Sequence record: PP328844.1
Length of the DNA stretch: 41,264 nucleotides
Strand: one strand, 5' to 3'
Source: Escherichia phage 216Ecol046PP
The notes below the pieces were generated by a model. It saw only the letters and a list, made by a program, of their open reading frames with translations, was not told the origin of the DNA and made no database searches. A program made the translations under genes and the position numbers. This document shows, piece after piece, positions 7,973 to 19,257 of the stretch; position 1 is the first letter of the stretch, and the number at the start of each line of letters is the position of its first letter.

Positions 7973-8233
7973 ATGTCTAAGAACTTAATGTTCAACCGTT
8001 ATTCAAATACCTTCCACCTGTCCAACAACCCGTTCGCTTGCATTAAGCGCAACGAGAAGCTGGGCTACTTCGGGAAGGCCGTTAAGCTGTCACCTACAGT
8101 CTTCGCTCTGATTACTCCTGGAAAAGCTGAAGAGGCTCGCCAAAAGAGTGAGACCAACGTACATGTGGTCTACACCAAGTGGCCTCGCGTTCGTCTGTTT
8201 GTTGAGTTCGTGAAGGAGGTGATCAATGGTTAA
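7973..8233 (+). CDS. gp1.6-like hypothetical protein (86 aa)
   Basis: ORF track; position between ligase and gp1.7. Confidence 0.5.
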   Translation: MSKNLMFNRYSNTFHLSNNPFACIKRNEKLGYFGKAVKLSPTVFALITPGKAEEARQKSETNVHVVYTKWPRVRLFVEFVKEVING

Positions 8234-8666
8234 GGTGGGGGATACAGTTGCATATGTTGGACCAGTTGAAGCCTACATGGGACGCTACTGTGGCAAGGTG
8301 ATAGTGGTTAAGAATGAGCATGTAGCTGTTGTTAAGTGGCCCGGTTTATCTGAACCACGCAGTCACTCCATTAGCTCCTTAAGTATTACCAATCAGGCTC
8401 AGTCCGAGCCGACAACCATAGGTCAGGGAGATAGCGTCCGTAAGCCGTCGTACTATCAGGTATTTGACGGAGTGGAGTCCATTGAGATTATCGCTCGGTC
8501 CATGACTGTCAGCGAGTTCCGTGGGTTCTGCATGGGTAACGTCCTGAAGTATCGACTCCGAGCTGGTAAGAAGTCCGAGCTGGCTACTATGGAGAAGGAC
8601 CTAAACAAAGCAGCCTTCTACCAGGAGCTGTTCGACCTGCATAAAGGTAAGTGTTATGACGCGTGA
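8226..8666 (+). CDS. 1.7: gp1.7-like nucleotide kinase (146 aa)
   Basis: C-terminal half matches T7 gp1.7 (KPS.Y..FD..E.IE.IARSMTV..F.G.C.GN.LKYRLRAGKKSELA..EKDL.KA.FY.ELF..HK.KCY). Confidence 0.8.
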   Translation: MVKVGDTVAYVGPVEAYMGRYCGKVIVVKNEHVAVVKWPGLSEPRSHSISSLSITNQAQSEPTTIGQGDSVRKPSYYQVFDGVESIEIIARSMTVSEFRGFCMGNVLKYRLRAGKKSELATMEKDLNKAAFYQELFDLHKGKCYDA

Positions 8667-8883
8667 AGAACTTAAAGCTGTAGGGGTGAAGCGTAGAGCG
8701 CTCAGTTTTTACCGAGCATACAAGGCGCTACGTAAGGGTATGTTAGCGTTCTCATTAGGACACAGTGAGTATTGTGACTATGACCTCCTACCGTTTGCTT
8801 ATATGAAGACTCCTAGTATGATTATTAGGGTAGAGGAGTATGACCATTCTGACGACTGTGTAATGGTGAACCGATATGCTTAA
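8656..8883 (+). CDS. gp1.8-like hypothetical protein (75 aa)
   Basis: ORF track; position only. Confidence 0.45.
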   Translation: MTREELKAVGVKRRALSFYRAYKALRKGMLAFSLGHSEYCDYDLLPFAYMKTPSMIIRVEEYDHSDDCVMVNRYA

Positions 8884-8970
8884 ACCGAGTGAGTGGTGCC
8901 GGGAGATGTACGAGAAGACTCTCAACCCGGACTACATTACGTTATACAACCAATGGAAGGAGCGTGGTCT

Positions 8971-9129
8971 ATGACTGACGTAGAAAAGAAATACATCGTG
9001 GAGCTTGAGGGTCGCGTTCAGTCATTCGAGGTTCCGGTGTACGCAAAGTCTCTTGAAGAGGCTACCCTGAAGTCCCAAGAGTATGAGGACGCTGGGTTTG
9101 TGGTCGGACGGATTCGTCCTGAGACCTAA
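8971..9129 (+). CDS. 2: gp2-like inhibitor of host RNA polymerase
   Basis: [15 protein letters not shown] and GFVVGRIRP resemble T7 gp2; start could instead be the in-frame ATG at 8953. Confidence 0.75.
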   Translation: MTDVEKKYIVELEGRVQSFEVPVYAKSLEEATLKSQEYEDAGFVVGRIRPET

Positions 9130-9146
9130 ACTATCACTGTAGGACA
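9127..9146 (+). promoter_or_regulatory. Phage RNAP promoter (variant CACTGTAGG)
   Basis: CTAAACTATCACTGTAGGAC. Confidence 0.65.
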
Positions 9147-9186
9147 GACGTCCAGTTCGTAACTTTAAATTAGGAGATTTACACCA

Positions 9187-9879
9187 ATGGCTAAAGAGCA
9201 ACTGAAGACTTTCACCACTCCGGTAGCTGGTATCGTTGAGCCTTACGCATGGCTGAACAAAGCAGACACCAAGTTTAATGAGCGTGGTGAGCATAAGGTT
9301 AACCTGACTTTCAGTCTGGATGACCCGAAGGTCCGTAAGATGATTGATGTCTTACAGAAGATTCACGACGATGCGTATGCGAAAGCACTCGCAGACCACG
9401 AGAAGAACCCACCTCAGGTTCAGCGTGGCAAGAAGCCTATCGAGCCGCGCGAAGGCGATATGCCGTGGATTGAGAATGGGGACGGTACTGTTACCCTGAA
9501 GTTTAAATGCTTTGCGTCTTACCTGAAAGACGGCAAGTCAGAGCCTATCGTATTACGGTTCTACGACACTGATGCTAAGTTAATCCGTGACGTCCCGAAT
9601 ATTGGCGCTGGCTCCAAACTGAAGGTCAAGTTCAAAGTCCTGCCGTTCAAGTGGAACGCTGCGACTGGTGCAAGCGTTAAGCTCCAGCTTGAGTCCTGCC
9701 TTCTGGTAGAACTGAAGGAGTGGAAAGGTGATGGTGGCGATGGTGGCTGGGGTGATGATGAAGACCTCGGTACTGGTTACAAAGCGTCAACTGATGGTGA
9801 CTTCGGGTCTGATGACTTCGGTGACGATGGTTCCGAAGGTGGTGATGACTCTGGCTCTGGTGGCGATTACGACTTCTAA
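9187..9879 (+). CDS. 2.5: Single-stranded DNA-binding protein (gp2.5 homologue) with acidic C-terminal tail
   Basis: Similarity to T7 gp2.5, including the C-terminal acidic tail ending DF. Confidence 0.92.
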   Translation: MAKEQLKTFTTPVAGIVEPYAWLNKADTKFNERGEHKVNLTFSLDDPKVRKMIDVLQKIHDDAYAKALADHEKNPPQVQRGKKPIEPREGDMPWIENGDGTVTLKFKCFASYLKDGKSEPIVLRFYDTDAKLIRDVPNIGAGSKLKVKFKVLPFKWNAATGASVKLQLESCLLVELKEWKGDGGDGGWGDDEDLGTGYKASTDGDFGSDDFGDDGSEGGDDSGSGGDYDF

Positions 9880-10334
9880 TGGCCCAATGGTCTGCAAAAC
9901 GGGGGCACTCTGTGGGTGCCTACCGCTCTGGACTTGAAGCCAAGAACCAGCAGTGGCTGGAACAGAACGGCGTCAAAGCGGAGTACGAAAGCCATTATAT
10001 CAACTATGTGATTCCGGCTTCCGACCACAAGTACACACCAGACTTTATCCTTCCAAACGGTATCATCGTGGAGACCAAAGGTATCTTCGATAGTGATGAC
10101 CGTAAGAAGCACCTTCTGGTACGAGAACAGCACCCAGAGTTAGACATCCGGTTCGTGTTCTCAAGTTCACGCTCAAAGCTATACAAAGGGTCCCCGACCA
10201 CGTATGGGGCATGGTGCGAAAAGAACGGCTTTAAGTTTGCCGACAAGTTTATCCCGGTTGAGTGGCTGCGAGAGGCAACTGTACGTCTGCCTTCCGGTAT
10301 ACTCATCCCCAAGAAGAAAGGAGCTACGAAATGA
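9879..10334 (+). CDS. 3: Endonuclease I (Holliday junction resolvase, gp3 homologue)
   Basis: YTPDF.LPNGI.VETKG...DDRKKHLL.REQHPELDIR.VFSSSR.KLYKGSPT.YG..CEK.G.KFADK. Confidence 0.92.
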   Translation: MAQWSAKRGHSVGAYRSGLEAKNQQWLEQNGVKAEYESHYINYVIPASDHKYTPDFILPNGIIVETKGIFDSDDRKKHLLVREQHPELDIRFVFSSSRSKLYKGSPTTYGAWCEKNGFKFADKFIPVEWLREATVRLPSGILIPKKKGATK

Positions 10335-10786
10335 CTACCTGTAAAGACCTTGAAGTTGGAACACGTTACAGATTCTCAAAGAACACCCTGCTGAATAACC
10401 CCCAATTCACTGATGCTGTTTTCGAAAAGCGAGAAGACCATAGCGTAATTGTGGAGAAGGGATGGCATCCTGAGGATTACATCGGTGAGACTACCAGCTG
10501 GAATGGTCACGAGACCTACAGTGTAGAAGTTGTTGAACAGCCTCAAGTCCTGCCAGCTTCGAGCGTACCTCCTGTGACTGTGAAGCGTGAAGTCCTGACA
10601 ATCGACAAGATTGGTGTAGGCCAGACGTTCATCGTCCATGGAAAGCCTGAAGAAGTTTACGTGAAGATTAGCAACTCACACGTCTTCAACCATAAGCGTC
10701 TCCAGATGCACACAACGGACGCACAACGCTTCACCCAGCACCTGAATCTAGTGGTCGTAGAATTGGTGGTGTACAATGGTAAGTAA
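10331..10786 (+). CDS. Hypothetical protein (151 aa) between endonuclease I and lysozyme
   Basis: ATG at 10331 with RBS AAGAAAGGAG; T7 has no gene at this position. Confidence 0.55.
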   Translation: MTTCKDLEVGTRYRFSKNTLLNNPQFTDAVFEKREDHSVIVEKGWHPEDYIGETTSWNGHETYSVEVVEQPQVLPASSVPPVTVKREVLTIDKIGVGQTFIVHGKPEEVYVKISNSHVFNHKRLQMHTTDAQRFTQHLNLVVVELVVYNGK

Positions 10787-11234
10787 GGTACAGTTCAACC
10801 CACGGTCCCGGACTGACGCTATCTTCGTTCACTGTTCGGCTACCAAGCCAGAGATGGACATCGGGGTAGAGACCATCCGTATGTGGCACAAGCAGCAAGG
10901 CTGGCTGGACGTAGGCTACCACTTTATCATCAAGCGCGATGGTACTGTGGAAGAGGGTCGCCCGGTAAACGTCGTAGGGTCACACGTTAAGGACTGGAAC
11001 TCACGGTCTGTAGGCGTCTGCCTTGTAGGTGGAATTGACGCTAAGGGCAAGTTTGAAGCTAACTTCACTCCTGACCAGATGAACTCCCTACGCAACAAGC
11101 TGGCTGACCTGAAGTCCCTGTATCCTCAGGCAGAAATCAAAGCACATCATGATGTAGCACCAAAGGCGTGTCCAAGTTTCGACTTACAGCGCTGGCTGTC
11201 TACTAATGAGCTGGTCACTTCCGACCACGGTTAA
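10776..11234 (+). CDS. 3.5: N-acetylmuramoyl-L-alanine amidase / T7-lysozyme homologue (gp3.5)
   Basis: DAIFVHCSATKP...GW.DVGYHFIIKRDGTVE.GR...VGSH..GYN..S.GVCLVGGID...HH..APKACPSFDL. Confidence 0.93.
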   Translation: MVSKVQFNPRSRTDAIFVHCSATKPEMDIGVETIRMWHKQQGWLDVGYHFIIKRDGTVEEGRPVNVVGSHVKDWNSRSVGVCLVGGIDAKGKFEANFTPDQMNSLRNKLADLKSLYPQAEIKAHHDVAPKACPSFDLQRWLSTNELVTSDHG

Positions 11235-11258
11235 TAAACTCTAAAGGAGAATAACTTA

Positions 11259-11474
11259 ATGATTAAACTTATCGAATTTCTAGGTCGTCTGGTGGTGCGT
11301 GGTTATCGTCGTGCTGCGGTACTGGAACGAAAGGTAGAAAAGAAGACTGCTGATGGCGCGGCTGATGCTGCTGCTCTGGCTGACAAGCTGACCATCGCGT
11401 CACTGGAAGCTGGCATGAAGGCTCGTCAGGCTGATACCAAAGCTGACCAGTTGGCTCAGTTCTTCAAAGACTAA
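11259..11474 (+). CDS. Hypothetical protein (71 aa), Ala-rich
   Basis: ORF track; position only. Confidence 0.45.
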   Translation: MIKLIEFLGRLVVRGYRRAAVLERKVEKKTADGAADAAALADKLTIASLEAGMKARQADTKADQLAQFFKD

Positions 11475-11491
11475 ACTATCACCTTAGGGAT
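11472..11491 (+). promoter_or_regulatory. Phage RNAP promoter (divergent variant ACCTTAGGGA)
   Basis: CTAAACTATCACCTTAGGGA; weaker match. Confidence 0.5.
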
Positions 11492-11542
11492 GGGACCATG
11501 AGTCCTGTCCCTTTGTTCGCATTTGTGACTAAGGAGTGACCG

Positions 11543-11722
11543 ATGGTTACAGTTATTCTAGTTCTAACGCTTATCAGTGGTAGTGGGCAAACTATCAGCC
11601 AAGTACCTATAACAGCGCCAACATTACAGGACGCATTCACAATATGTGACCAGTCCGGCTCAAAGTGGGCCGATAAGTTTGGCGATGTCTCAAACGTTGC
11701 AGCAGGGTATGAGTGTATTTAA
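11543..11722 (+). CDS. Hypothetical small protein (59 aa) with signal-peptide-like N-terminus
   Basis: RBS TAAGGAGTGACC; MVTVILVLTLISGSG N-terminus. Confidence 0.35.
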   Translation: MVTVILVLTLISGSGQTISQVPITAPTLQDAFTICDQSGSKWADKFGDVSNVAAGYECI

Positions 11723-11732
11723 GGAGTGACCA

Positions 11733-13818
<2,086 letters not shown>

Positions 13819-13819
<1 letters not shown>

Positions 13820-13983
13820 TGTTAAAGAAACTTAAAGCTCGATACCATCAGTTCATGTACAAATGGTGGAGCGATGAAGCAACCTGCCTGTCGAACATTC
13901 TGGGAGACCAGCGGTTCAACTCTGAGGCATGGAAGAAAGCTAACCGGAAGTTCATGTATCACTTCTTGCGTACAGACTTCTAG
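13819..13983 (+). CDS. Hypothetical small protein (54 aa, GTG start), gene 4.3/4.5 position
   Basis: RBS GGAGG 8 nt upstream of GTG; uninterrupted frame. Confidence 0.35.
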
Positions 13984-13988
13984 GTCTA

Positions 13989-14030
13989 GACTCAAGGTCA
14001 TTCATAGCGAGTGGCCTTTATGATTAGACT
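13989..14030 (+). promoter_or_regulatory. RNase III-type hairpin (R4.7-like)
   Basis: GACTCAAGGTCAT...GTGGCCTTTATGATTAGAC. Confidence 0.5.
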
Positions 14031-14047
14031 AAAGCGGAGGATTAACC

Positions 14048-16219
14048 ATGTTTGACCTTAAGAGTATCTGGGGTTCTGACATCGAGACCAACGGTCTCCT
14101 TGATACAGTCTCCCAGTTTCACTGTGGGGTCCTGATTAACGCCGAGTCGAATGAGACCCTTAAGTATGGGGTAGCTCCGATGGTCGGTATCGTCGGCGGC
14201 TTCAAAGAGTATGTTCATAAAGTGGAAGAGATTGCAGCCTCACCTGATGGTATGCTGGTATTCCATAACGGTATCAACTATGACGTCCCGGCTATAGACA
14301 AGCTGAAGCGTTTGTACTTTGGGAAACGCTTTAACTTCCCGAAACATAAGATGATTGATACCTTGGTGCTGGGACGCTTGATGTATCCAAACATTAAGTT
14401 CTCAGACATGGGCGCAGTGAAAGCTGGTCGTCTGCCACCTAAGATGATGGGACGCCAGTCTCTTGAGGCTTGGGGCTATCGTCTCGGTGAGATGAAAGGT
14501 GAGTACAAACACGATTACGTTGCCAAGTGCAAGGCTGAAGGTATCGAATATAAGGCTGGGGACGAATGGTTGTTCCCGTCTCAGGAGATGCTGGACTATA
14601 ACGTTCAAGACGTTGTGGTCACACTGGCGTTGTTCAAGAAGTTCCTGACTGACAAGTATTACTTCCAGTCTGAACAGTTCGCTTTCGACCAGATTTATGC
14701 GTTGCGTCTGGAACATGATGCTGCGTGGACCTGTGCGAAGATGGAGCGTAACGGCTATCCGATGAACACCGAGATGGTCGAAGGCTTATATCGTGAACTA
14801 ACAGTCAAACGTGCAGAGCTGCTGGACAAGCTGCGTTCGACTTTCGGTAGCTGGTATGCACCGAAGGGAGGCAAGGAGTTCTTCAGGCACCCACGGACAG
14901 GAAAGGACCTCCCGAAGTATCCGCGAGTCGTGTATCCTAAGGTTGGGTCAGTATTCAAGAAGCCGAAGAACAAAGCTCAACGCTTAGGTCTGGAGCCTTG
15001 CGAGTTCGACTCACGAGACACGATGGAAGGAGCACCATTCACGCCAATCACTTACGTTGAGTTTAATCCGGGAAGCGGAGACCACTTAGCGAAAGTCTTG
15101 ATGGAGCGTGGTTGGGAGCCTGTGGACTTCACTGACACTGGGAAACCTGTAGTCGATGACGAGACGTTAGAACACGTTAAGTTACCGGACGCAGAGGCTC
15201 AGGCTTGCGTAGAGCTGGTCCGTGAGTATCTGGTAGTCCAGAAGCGCATAGGTCAGGCTGCTGAAGGTAAGAACGCATGGTTGAAACTTGTAGGTCCAGA
15301 CGGGCGTATGCACGGTTCAATCAACCCATGCGGGGCAGTAACCGGACGTGCGACTCACAGTTCACCAAACATGGCTCAGGTTCCGGCTAACGGTGCTCCA
15401 TACGGTGAGACTTGCCGTGGTGCTTTCGGTGCAGCGTGGAACAAGAAGGACGGTAAGCCAGACCCTTGGATTCAAGTAGGCGTGGATGCTTCAGGTCTTG
15501 AGCTTCGTTGTCTGGGGAACCGAGCGGCTCCGTTTGATGGTGGTGCCTATGCGAAGACTGTGGTAGAAGGTGACATCCACTGGGCCAACGCAGTAAACGC
15601 TGGGTTAGCACCTAACGTCCCACGCGATAAGTCGAACCACTACCATGATGCTTTCCGTAACAACGCTAAGACGTTCATCTATGCGTTCCTGTATGGTGCA
15701 GGGGCCGCTAAGATTGGACTGATAGTAGGCGGTGGTAAGAAGGAAGGTTCAGCTCTCATGAAGAAATTCATTGAGGGTACACCAGCTATTAAAGACCTCA
15801 GGGAAGCTGTGAGTAATACGTTAATCTCAGACTCTAAGTGGATAGATGGTGAGAACATCGTGAAGTGGAAACGACGCTGGCTGAAAGGTCTGGACGGTCG
15901 ACGCATTCACATCCGGTCGCCACACTCAGCACTGAACGCATTACTTCAGGGTGATGGTGCGGTAGTCTGTAAGCACTGGATTGTCGAGACCGAGCGTATG
16001 CTTGAAGAGGCCGGGTATGTTCACGGCTGGGAAGGTGACTTTGCGTACATGGCTTGGGTTCACGATGAGCTGCAAATTGCGTGTCGTACTCAGGAGATTG
16101 CCGAAGAAGTCGTCAAGATTGCTCAACTTGCTATGCGTAAGGTGGGCGAGTTCTATAACTTTAAATGCGTCCTTGACACCGAAGGGAAGATTGGACCAAC
16201 GTGGAAGGAGTGCCATTGA
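14048..16219 (+). CDS. 5: DNA polymerase (gp5 homologue), 723 aa
   Basis: Collinear similarity to T7 DNA polymerase (DIETNGL exo motif, NVQDVVVT, DASGLELRCL, YGFLYGAG, VHDE). Confidence 0.96.
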   Translation: MFDLKSIWGSDIETNGLLDTVSQFHCGVLINAESNETLKYGVAPMVGIVGGFKEYVHKVEEIAASPDGMLVFHNGINYDVPAIDKLKRLYFGKRFNFPKHKMIDTLVLGRLMYPNIKFSDMGAVKAGRLPPKMMGRQSLEAWGYRLGEMKGEYKHDYVAKCKAEGIEYKAGDEWLFPSQEMLDYNVQDVVVTLALFKKFLTDKYYFQSEQFAFDQIYALRLEHDAAWTCAKMERNGYPMNTEMVEGLYRELTVKRAELLDKLRSTFGSWYAPKGGKEFFRHPRTGKDLPKYPRVVYPKVGSVFKKPKNKAQRLGLEPCEFDSRDTMEGAPFTPITYVEFNPGSGDHLAKVLMERGWEPVDFTDTGKPVVDDETLEHVKLPDAEAQACVELVREYLVVQKRIGQAAEGKNAWLKLVGPDGRMHGSINPCGAVTGRATHSSPNMAQVPANGAPYGETCRGAFGAAWNKKDGKPDPWIQVGVDASGLELRCLGNRAAPFDGGAYAKTVVEGDIHWANAVNAGLAPNVPRDKSNHYHDAFRNNAKTFIYAFLYGAGAAKIGLIVGGGKKEGSALMKKFIEGTPAIKDLREAVSNTLISDSKWIDGENIVKWKRRWLKGLDGRRIHIRSPHSALNALLQGDGAVVCKHWIVETERMLEEAGYVHGWEGDFAYMAWVHDELQIACRTQEIAEEVVKIAQLAMRKVGEFYNFKCVLDTEGKIGPTWKECH

Positions 16220-16380
16220 TGAAGAAGCAGACCTTTACAAGACAGGAGGTCATAGACCTTATGAGAAGTGCTTGGTGGAGTGGTCACGAGACCTCTCGCT
16301 ATTGCCCGAACTTGTCAGGGTCTTGTGCTTCTGACATCCGTGAGCTTCTTACACCTGATGCCGAAGAGGAGAAAGACTAA
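16219..16380 (+). CDS. Hypothetical small protein (53 aa)
   Basis: ATG overlaps the polymerase stop; below ORF-track cut-off. Confidence 0.35.
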   Translation: MKKQTFTRQEVIDLMRSAWWSGHETSRYCPNLSGSCASDIRELLTPDAEEEKD

Positions 16381-16670
16381 TGGCTATGACCAAACGTATG
16401 CGAGTATCGTTCTCGCTGGGTGCTGTGTTTCCAACTGAAAACGTGGAGAACTTCAAGAAGACTCTCTGCGAGCTGAGCCGTAAGGTCCTCAACGGAGAGA
16501 AGACAACTGGTTTTGAACGTAAGATGGTAGAGGTCGGTGTGACTGAAGGTCTTGAAGCTGTAGTCGAACTGGTCATCAAGAAAGTTATCGTCAAGCAGCT
16601 GAAAGAAGACCTGAGAGATTACGATGACCAACCGAGCTTTGGTAACTTCCGGGTGGAGTTCGAACGATGA
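16380..16670 (+). CDS. 5.5: gp5.5-like protein (96 aa)
   Basis: MAMTK N-terminus and position as in T7 gp5.5. Confidence 0.7.
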   Translation: MAMTKRMRVSFSLGAVFPTENVENFKKTLCELSRKVLNGEKTTGFERKMVEVGVTEGLEAVVELVIKKVIVKQLKEDLRDYDDQPSFGNFRVEFER

Positions 16671-16876
16671 GTGAATACTTACGGGTCCTAGCGGCCCTTA
16701 AGTCCTGCCCGAAGACCTTCCAGTCCAACTATGTGCGCAACAACGCTGCACTGGTGGCTGAGGCTGCGAGTCGTGGACATCTAAGCTGCCTGTCTATGGA
16801 CGGGCGTAACAACGGTGCGTGGGAGATTACCGCTGAAGGCGTTAAGTTCCTGAACCAACACGGAGGCTGTCTATGA
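16667..16876 (+). CDS. 5.7: gp5.7-like protein (69 aa)
   Basis: Strong similarity to T7 gp5.7 (LKSCPKTFQSNYVRNNA.LVAEAASRGH..CL...GRN.GAWEITA.G). Confidence 0.8.
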   Translation: MSEYLRVLAALKSCPKTFQSNYVRNNAALVAEAASRGHLSCLSMDGRNNGAWEITAEGVKFLNQHGGCL

Positions 16877-17001
16877 GCCTGAAAGGTTTATTTGCATCTA
16901 GGTTAAAGTGTAAAAAGTGTGGACAACATCCTATGCTGGAGGGATATGCTGGCAGCTCATACTGGTGGTGTCTCAAATGCAACAAGGAGGTGAAAGAGTG
17001 A
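16873..17001 (+). CDS. Small zinc-ribbon protein (42 aa) at the gp5.9 position
   Basis: CKKCG...CLKCN pair of CxxC motifs; ATGA overlap with gp5.7; not similar to acidic T7 gp5.9. Confidence 0.4.
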   Translation: MSLKGLFASRLKCKKCGQHPMLEGYAGSSYWWCLKCNKEVKE

Positions 17002-17867
17002 CTTCGAATAAGAAAATAGCTCTGGTTCTGGATGGTGACTATCTGGTCTTCTCTTCTATGGCTGCTGCCGAGGACGAGACAGACTGGGGTGATGACATCT
17101 GGACCCTTATCTGCGACCATGAGAAGGCTCGTCGTATCCTTGAGAACACCATCGCTGAAATCGTTAAGAAGCGCAAGGCGTGGAAAGACGCTAAGATTGT
17201 GATGTGCTTTACTGACGATAATAACTGGCGTAAGGACGTACTTCCTACCTATAAGGCCAACCGTAAAGGTTCTCGCAAGCCTGTAGGTTACAAGAAGTTC
17301 GTAGCAGAAGTGATGGCTGACCCACGGTTCAACAGCTTCCTACGTCCTACGCTTGAGGGTGATGACTGTATGGGTATCATCGGGACCAGACCTCAGATTG
17401 TCGGATGTGACCATGCAGTGCTGGTGTCCTGTGACAAGGACTTCAAGACCATCCCGAACTGTGAGTTCTTCTGGTTAACCACTGGTGAAATCCTAAGCCA
17501 TACGACTGCTGAGGCAGACTACTGGCACATGGAGCAGACCATCAAGGGTGATACTACAGATGGCTACGGTGGCATTCCTGGAATGGGTGAGGACACCACT
17601 CGTGCGTTCCTTGACGAGCCGTACTACTTCGTGCAGGAGAGCCGTGAGCTTAAGACTGGCAAGAACAAAGGCCAGATTAAGACTGAGTGGAAGAAGTACC
17701 CTAAGCGTGAAGACATGACGCTGTGGGACTGCATGGTGACTCTGGCTGCTAAAGCTGGGATGACCGAGGAGGAACTTCTGGTCCAAGCTCAGGTCGCTCG
17801 TATTTGTCGAGCCTCCGACTATGACCCTAAGTCCAAGGAGGTCATCCTATGGACACCATCCATGTAA
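16998..17867 (+). CDS. 6: 5'-3' exonuclease (gp6 homologue); GTG start after AAGGAGG
   Basis: LVLDGDYLVF..., KANRK..KPVGY, ISCDKDFKTIPNC.F, TIKGD.TDGY match T7 gp6. Confidence 0.92.
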   Translation: MTSNKKIALVLDGDYLVFSSMAAAEDETDWGDDIWTLICDHEKARRILENTIAEIVKKRKAWKDAKIVMCFTDDNNWRKDVLPTYKANRKGSRKPVGYKKFVAEVMADPRFNSFLRPTLEGDDCMGIIGTRPQIVGCDHAVLVSCDKDFKTIPNCEFFWLTTGEILSHTTAEADYWHMEQTIKGDTTDGYGGIPGMGEDTTRAFLDEPYYFVQESRELKTGKNKGQIKTEWKKYPKREDMTLWDCMVTLAAKAGMTEEELLVQAQVARICRASDYDPKSKEVILWTPSM

Positions 17868-17941
17868 TTTACTGGGTCGGACTTCTGGCCCTTTACTGCA
17901 TGTACAAGTGGTTCGGGTCGAACAACCGCCCTAAACACTGA
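17849..17941 (+). CDS. gp6.3-like small hydrophobic protein (30 aa)
   Basis: RBS AAGGAGG; hydrophobic peptide; position. Confidence 0.3.
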   Translation: MDTIHVIYWVGLLALYCMYKWFGSNNRPKH

Positions 17942-17995
17942 GTCTAACCGATAGTCATATCCTATCAATCCAACAGTCATCCATAGGTGAAACAC

Positions 17996-18015
17996 TAAAC
18001 TATCACTATAGGGAC
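17996..18015 (+). promoter_or_regulatory. Phage RNAP promoter (phi6.5-like)
   Basis: CTAAACTATCACTATAGGGAC. Confidence 0.8.
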
Positions 18016-18077
18016 TTTAGGACCTAAGATATGACTATAAGATAGACTTTAGTCTTAACTTAAAGAGGAGATTCAAG

Positions 18078-18350
18078 ATGGCTCTTAATGCTATTGAAAA
18101 CGTTGTTAAGCAGTTACAGGAAGAAAGACTCGATGTCCCTAACATCTCCCAGTCTGCCATCCAGTTCCTGCACGTATTGTTCAACGCAAGCTGTGCTGAG
18201 AAGATGGGAGCTATCAGTCTCCTCAAGCAGCAAGGCTACAGCGATGCGTTCATTGCCGGGTTCATCAAGGGTCTCCAGTATTGTTCTGACACTCTCGACT
18301 CTGCGATTGCTATGCGTCGTGAGCTGAAAGATACCGTTCAGTTCGATTAA
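18078..18350 (+). CDS. gp6.5-like hypothetical protein (90 aa)
   Basis: ORF track; position. Confidence 0.5.
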   Translation: MALNAIENVVKQLQEERLDVPNISQSAIQFLHVLFNASCAEKMGAISLLKQQGYSDAFIAGFIKGLQYCSDTLDSAIAMRRELKDTVQFD

Positions 18351-18364
18351 CTGTAGGAGGGACT

Positions 18365-18589
18365 ATGTGTTTCAGTCCAAAGATTAGCACTCCGAAGCCT
18401 TCGGTCCAAGCACCTGAACCAGCACCTCTGAGTGAGGAAGTTGCGTCAGTTGACATCGGGGCTGAATCGGATGTTGACACCAACGAGACCAAAGGTATCA
18501 AAGACCTGAAGGTCAAGAAGGAGTCTGCACCTAAAGATAAATCGTCAGTTAGCCGCGCTATGCGAGCCTCTGGCGTCAACATGGGGTAA
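18365..18589 (+). CDS. 6.7: gp6.7-like virion protein (74 aa)
   Basis: MCFSPKI.TPK N-terminus as in T7 gp6.7. Confidence 0.8.
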   Translation: MCFSPKISTPKPSVQAPEPAPLSEEVASVDIGAESDVDTNETKGIKDLKVKKESAPKDKSSVSRAMRASGVNMG

Positions 18590-18593
18590 GACA

Positions 18594-19016
18594 ATGCTAC
18601 CATATCTCAACTCACGCGAAGGTCGCCACATGTGCGCTTGTCGCCTCTGGGAAGACGGGCAGTCTAACTTCAAGTCATTCGAGGACTTCAAGGCTCATAC
18701 TTACCGTATGGCTGACGAGTTCGATGGTGAAGAGTACACAATCTATGATGTCTCAGGTCAACCAGTAGCGTATCTCTACATGCTGGCTACCGCATCTTGG
18801 CACCGACCGACTCCCGGTCTTGACCTTTCAATCGTCGCTATTCGTCGTGACTCGCAGTCCTCCCGTAAGGTTCTTGAGACTGTCAGGCACATCATAGACG
18901 AAGAGTGCAAGCGTTGGGGTCTTGGCTGGTATTCTCGTGTCAAGCATGTTTCCGGGTCGGTAGACATCGTAACAACCAAGTGCGTTAGCACGAACAAGGA
19001 GATTAATCGTGGGTAA
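18594..19016 (+). CDS. gp7-position hypothetical virion/host-range protein (140 aa)
   Basis: ORF track; position between 6.7 and 7.3. Confidence 0.5.
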   Translation: MLPYLNSREGRHMCACRLWEDGQSNFKSFEDFKAHTYRMADEFDGEEYTIYDVSGQPVAYLYMLATASWHRPTPGLDLSIVAIRRDSQSSRKVLETVRHIIDEECKRWGLGWYSRVKHVSGSVDIVTTKCVSTNKEINRG

Positions 19017-19257
19017 ATCAATCAGTAAGGCATTCAAGAAAGTGGTGAAAAGTACGCTAGGGACCGTTGGTCTTGGCTCTGATGACGCACCTAAGGTTGT
19101 TGAGGCTCAGACCCCAGCAGCACCAGTGGAAGTACCGAACGACAAAGTGGAGGATGTGGATACTGAAACAACCGCATCTGACGAGAAGAAAGTGAAGCGT
19201 TCCGGTAAGCGTAGCCTTCAGGTCTCTCGTACCTCTGGTGGCGGTATTTCTATTTAA
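19009..19257 (+). CDS. 7.3: gp7.3-like tail assembly protein (GTG start)
   Basis: MGK...; C-terminal RTSGGGISI matches T7 gp7.3 RSSGGGINI. Confidence 0.8.
   Translation: MGKSISKAFKKVVKSTLGTVGLGSDDAPKVVEAQTPAAPVEVPNDKVEDVDTETTASDEKKVKRSGKRSLQVSRTSGGGISI

Noticed and set aside
8893-8970. Track ORF starting at 8893 as an extended gp2
   Set aside because: The N-terminal extension has no homology; the conserved gp2 core begins at ATG 8971 (or 8953), which has a proper RBS.
16917-16997. ATG at 16917 as the exonuclease start (track ORF of 316 aa)
   Set aside because: N-terminal extension without homology; GTG 16998 with AAGGAGG 7 nt upstream matches the T7 gp6 N-terminus.
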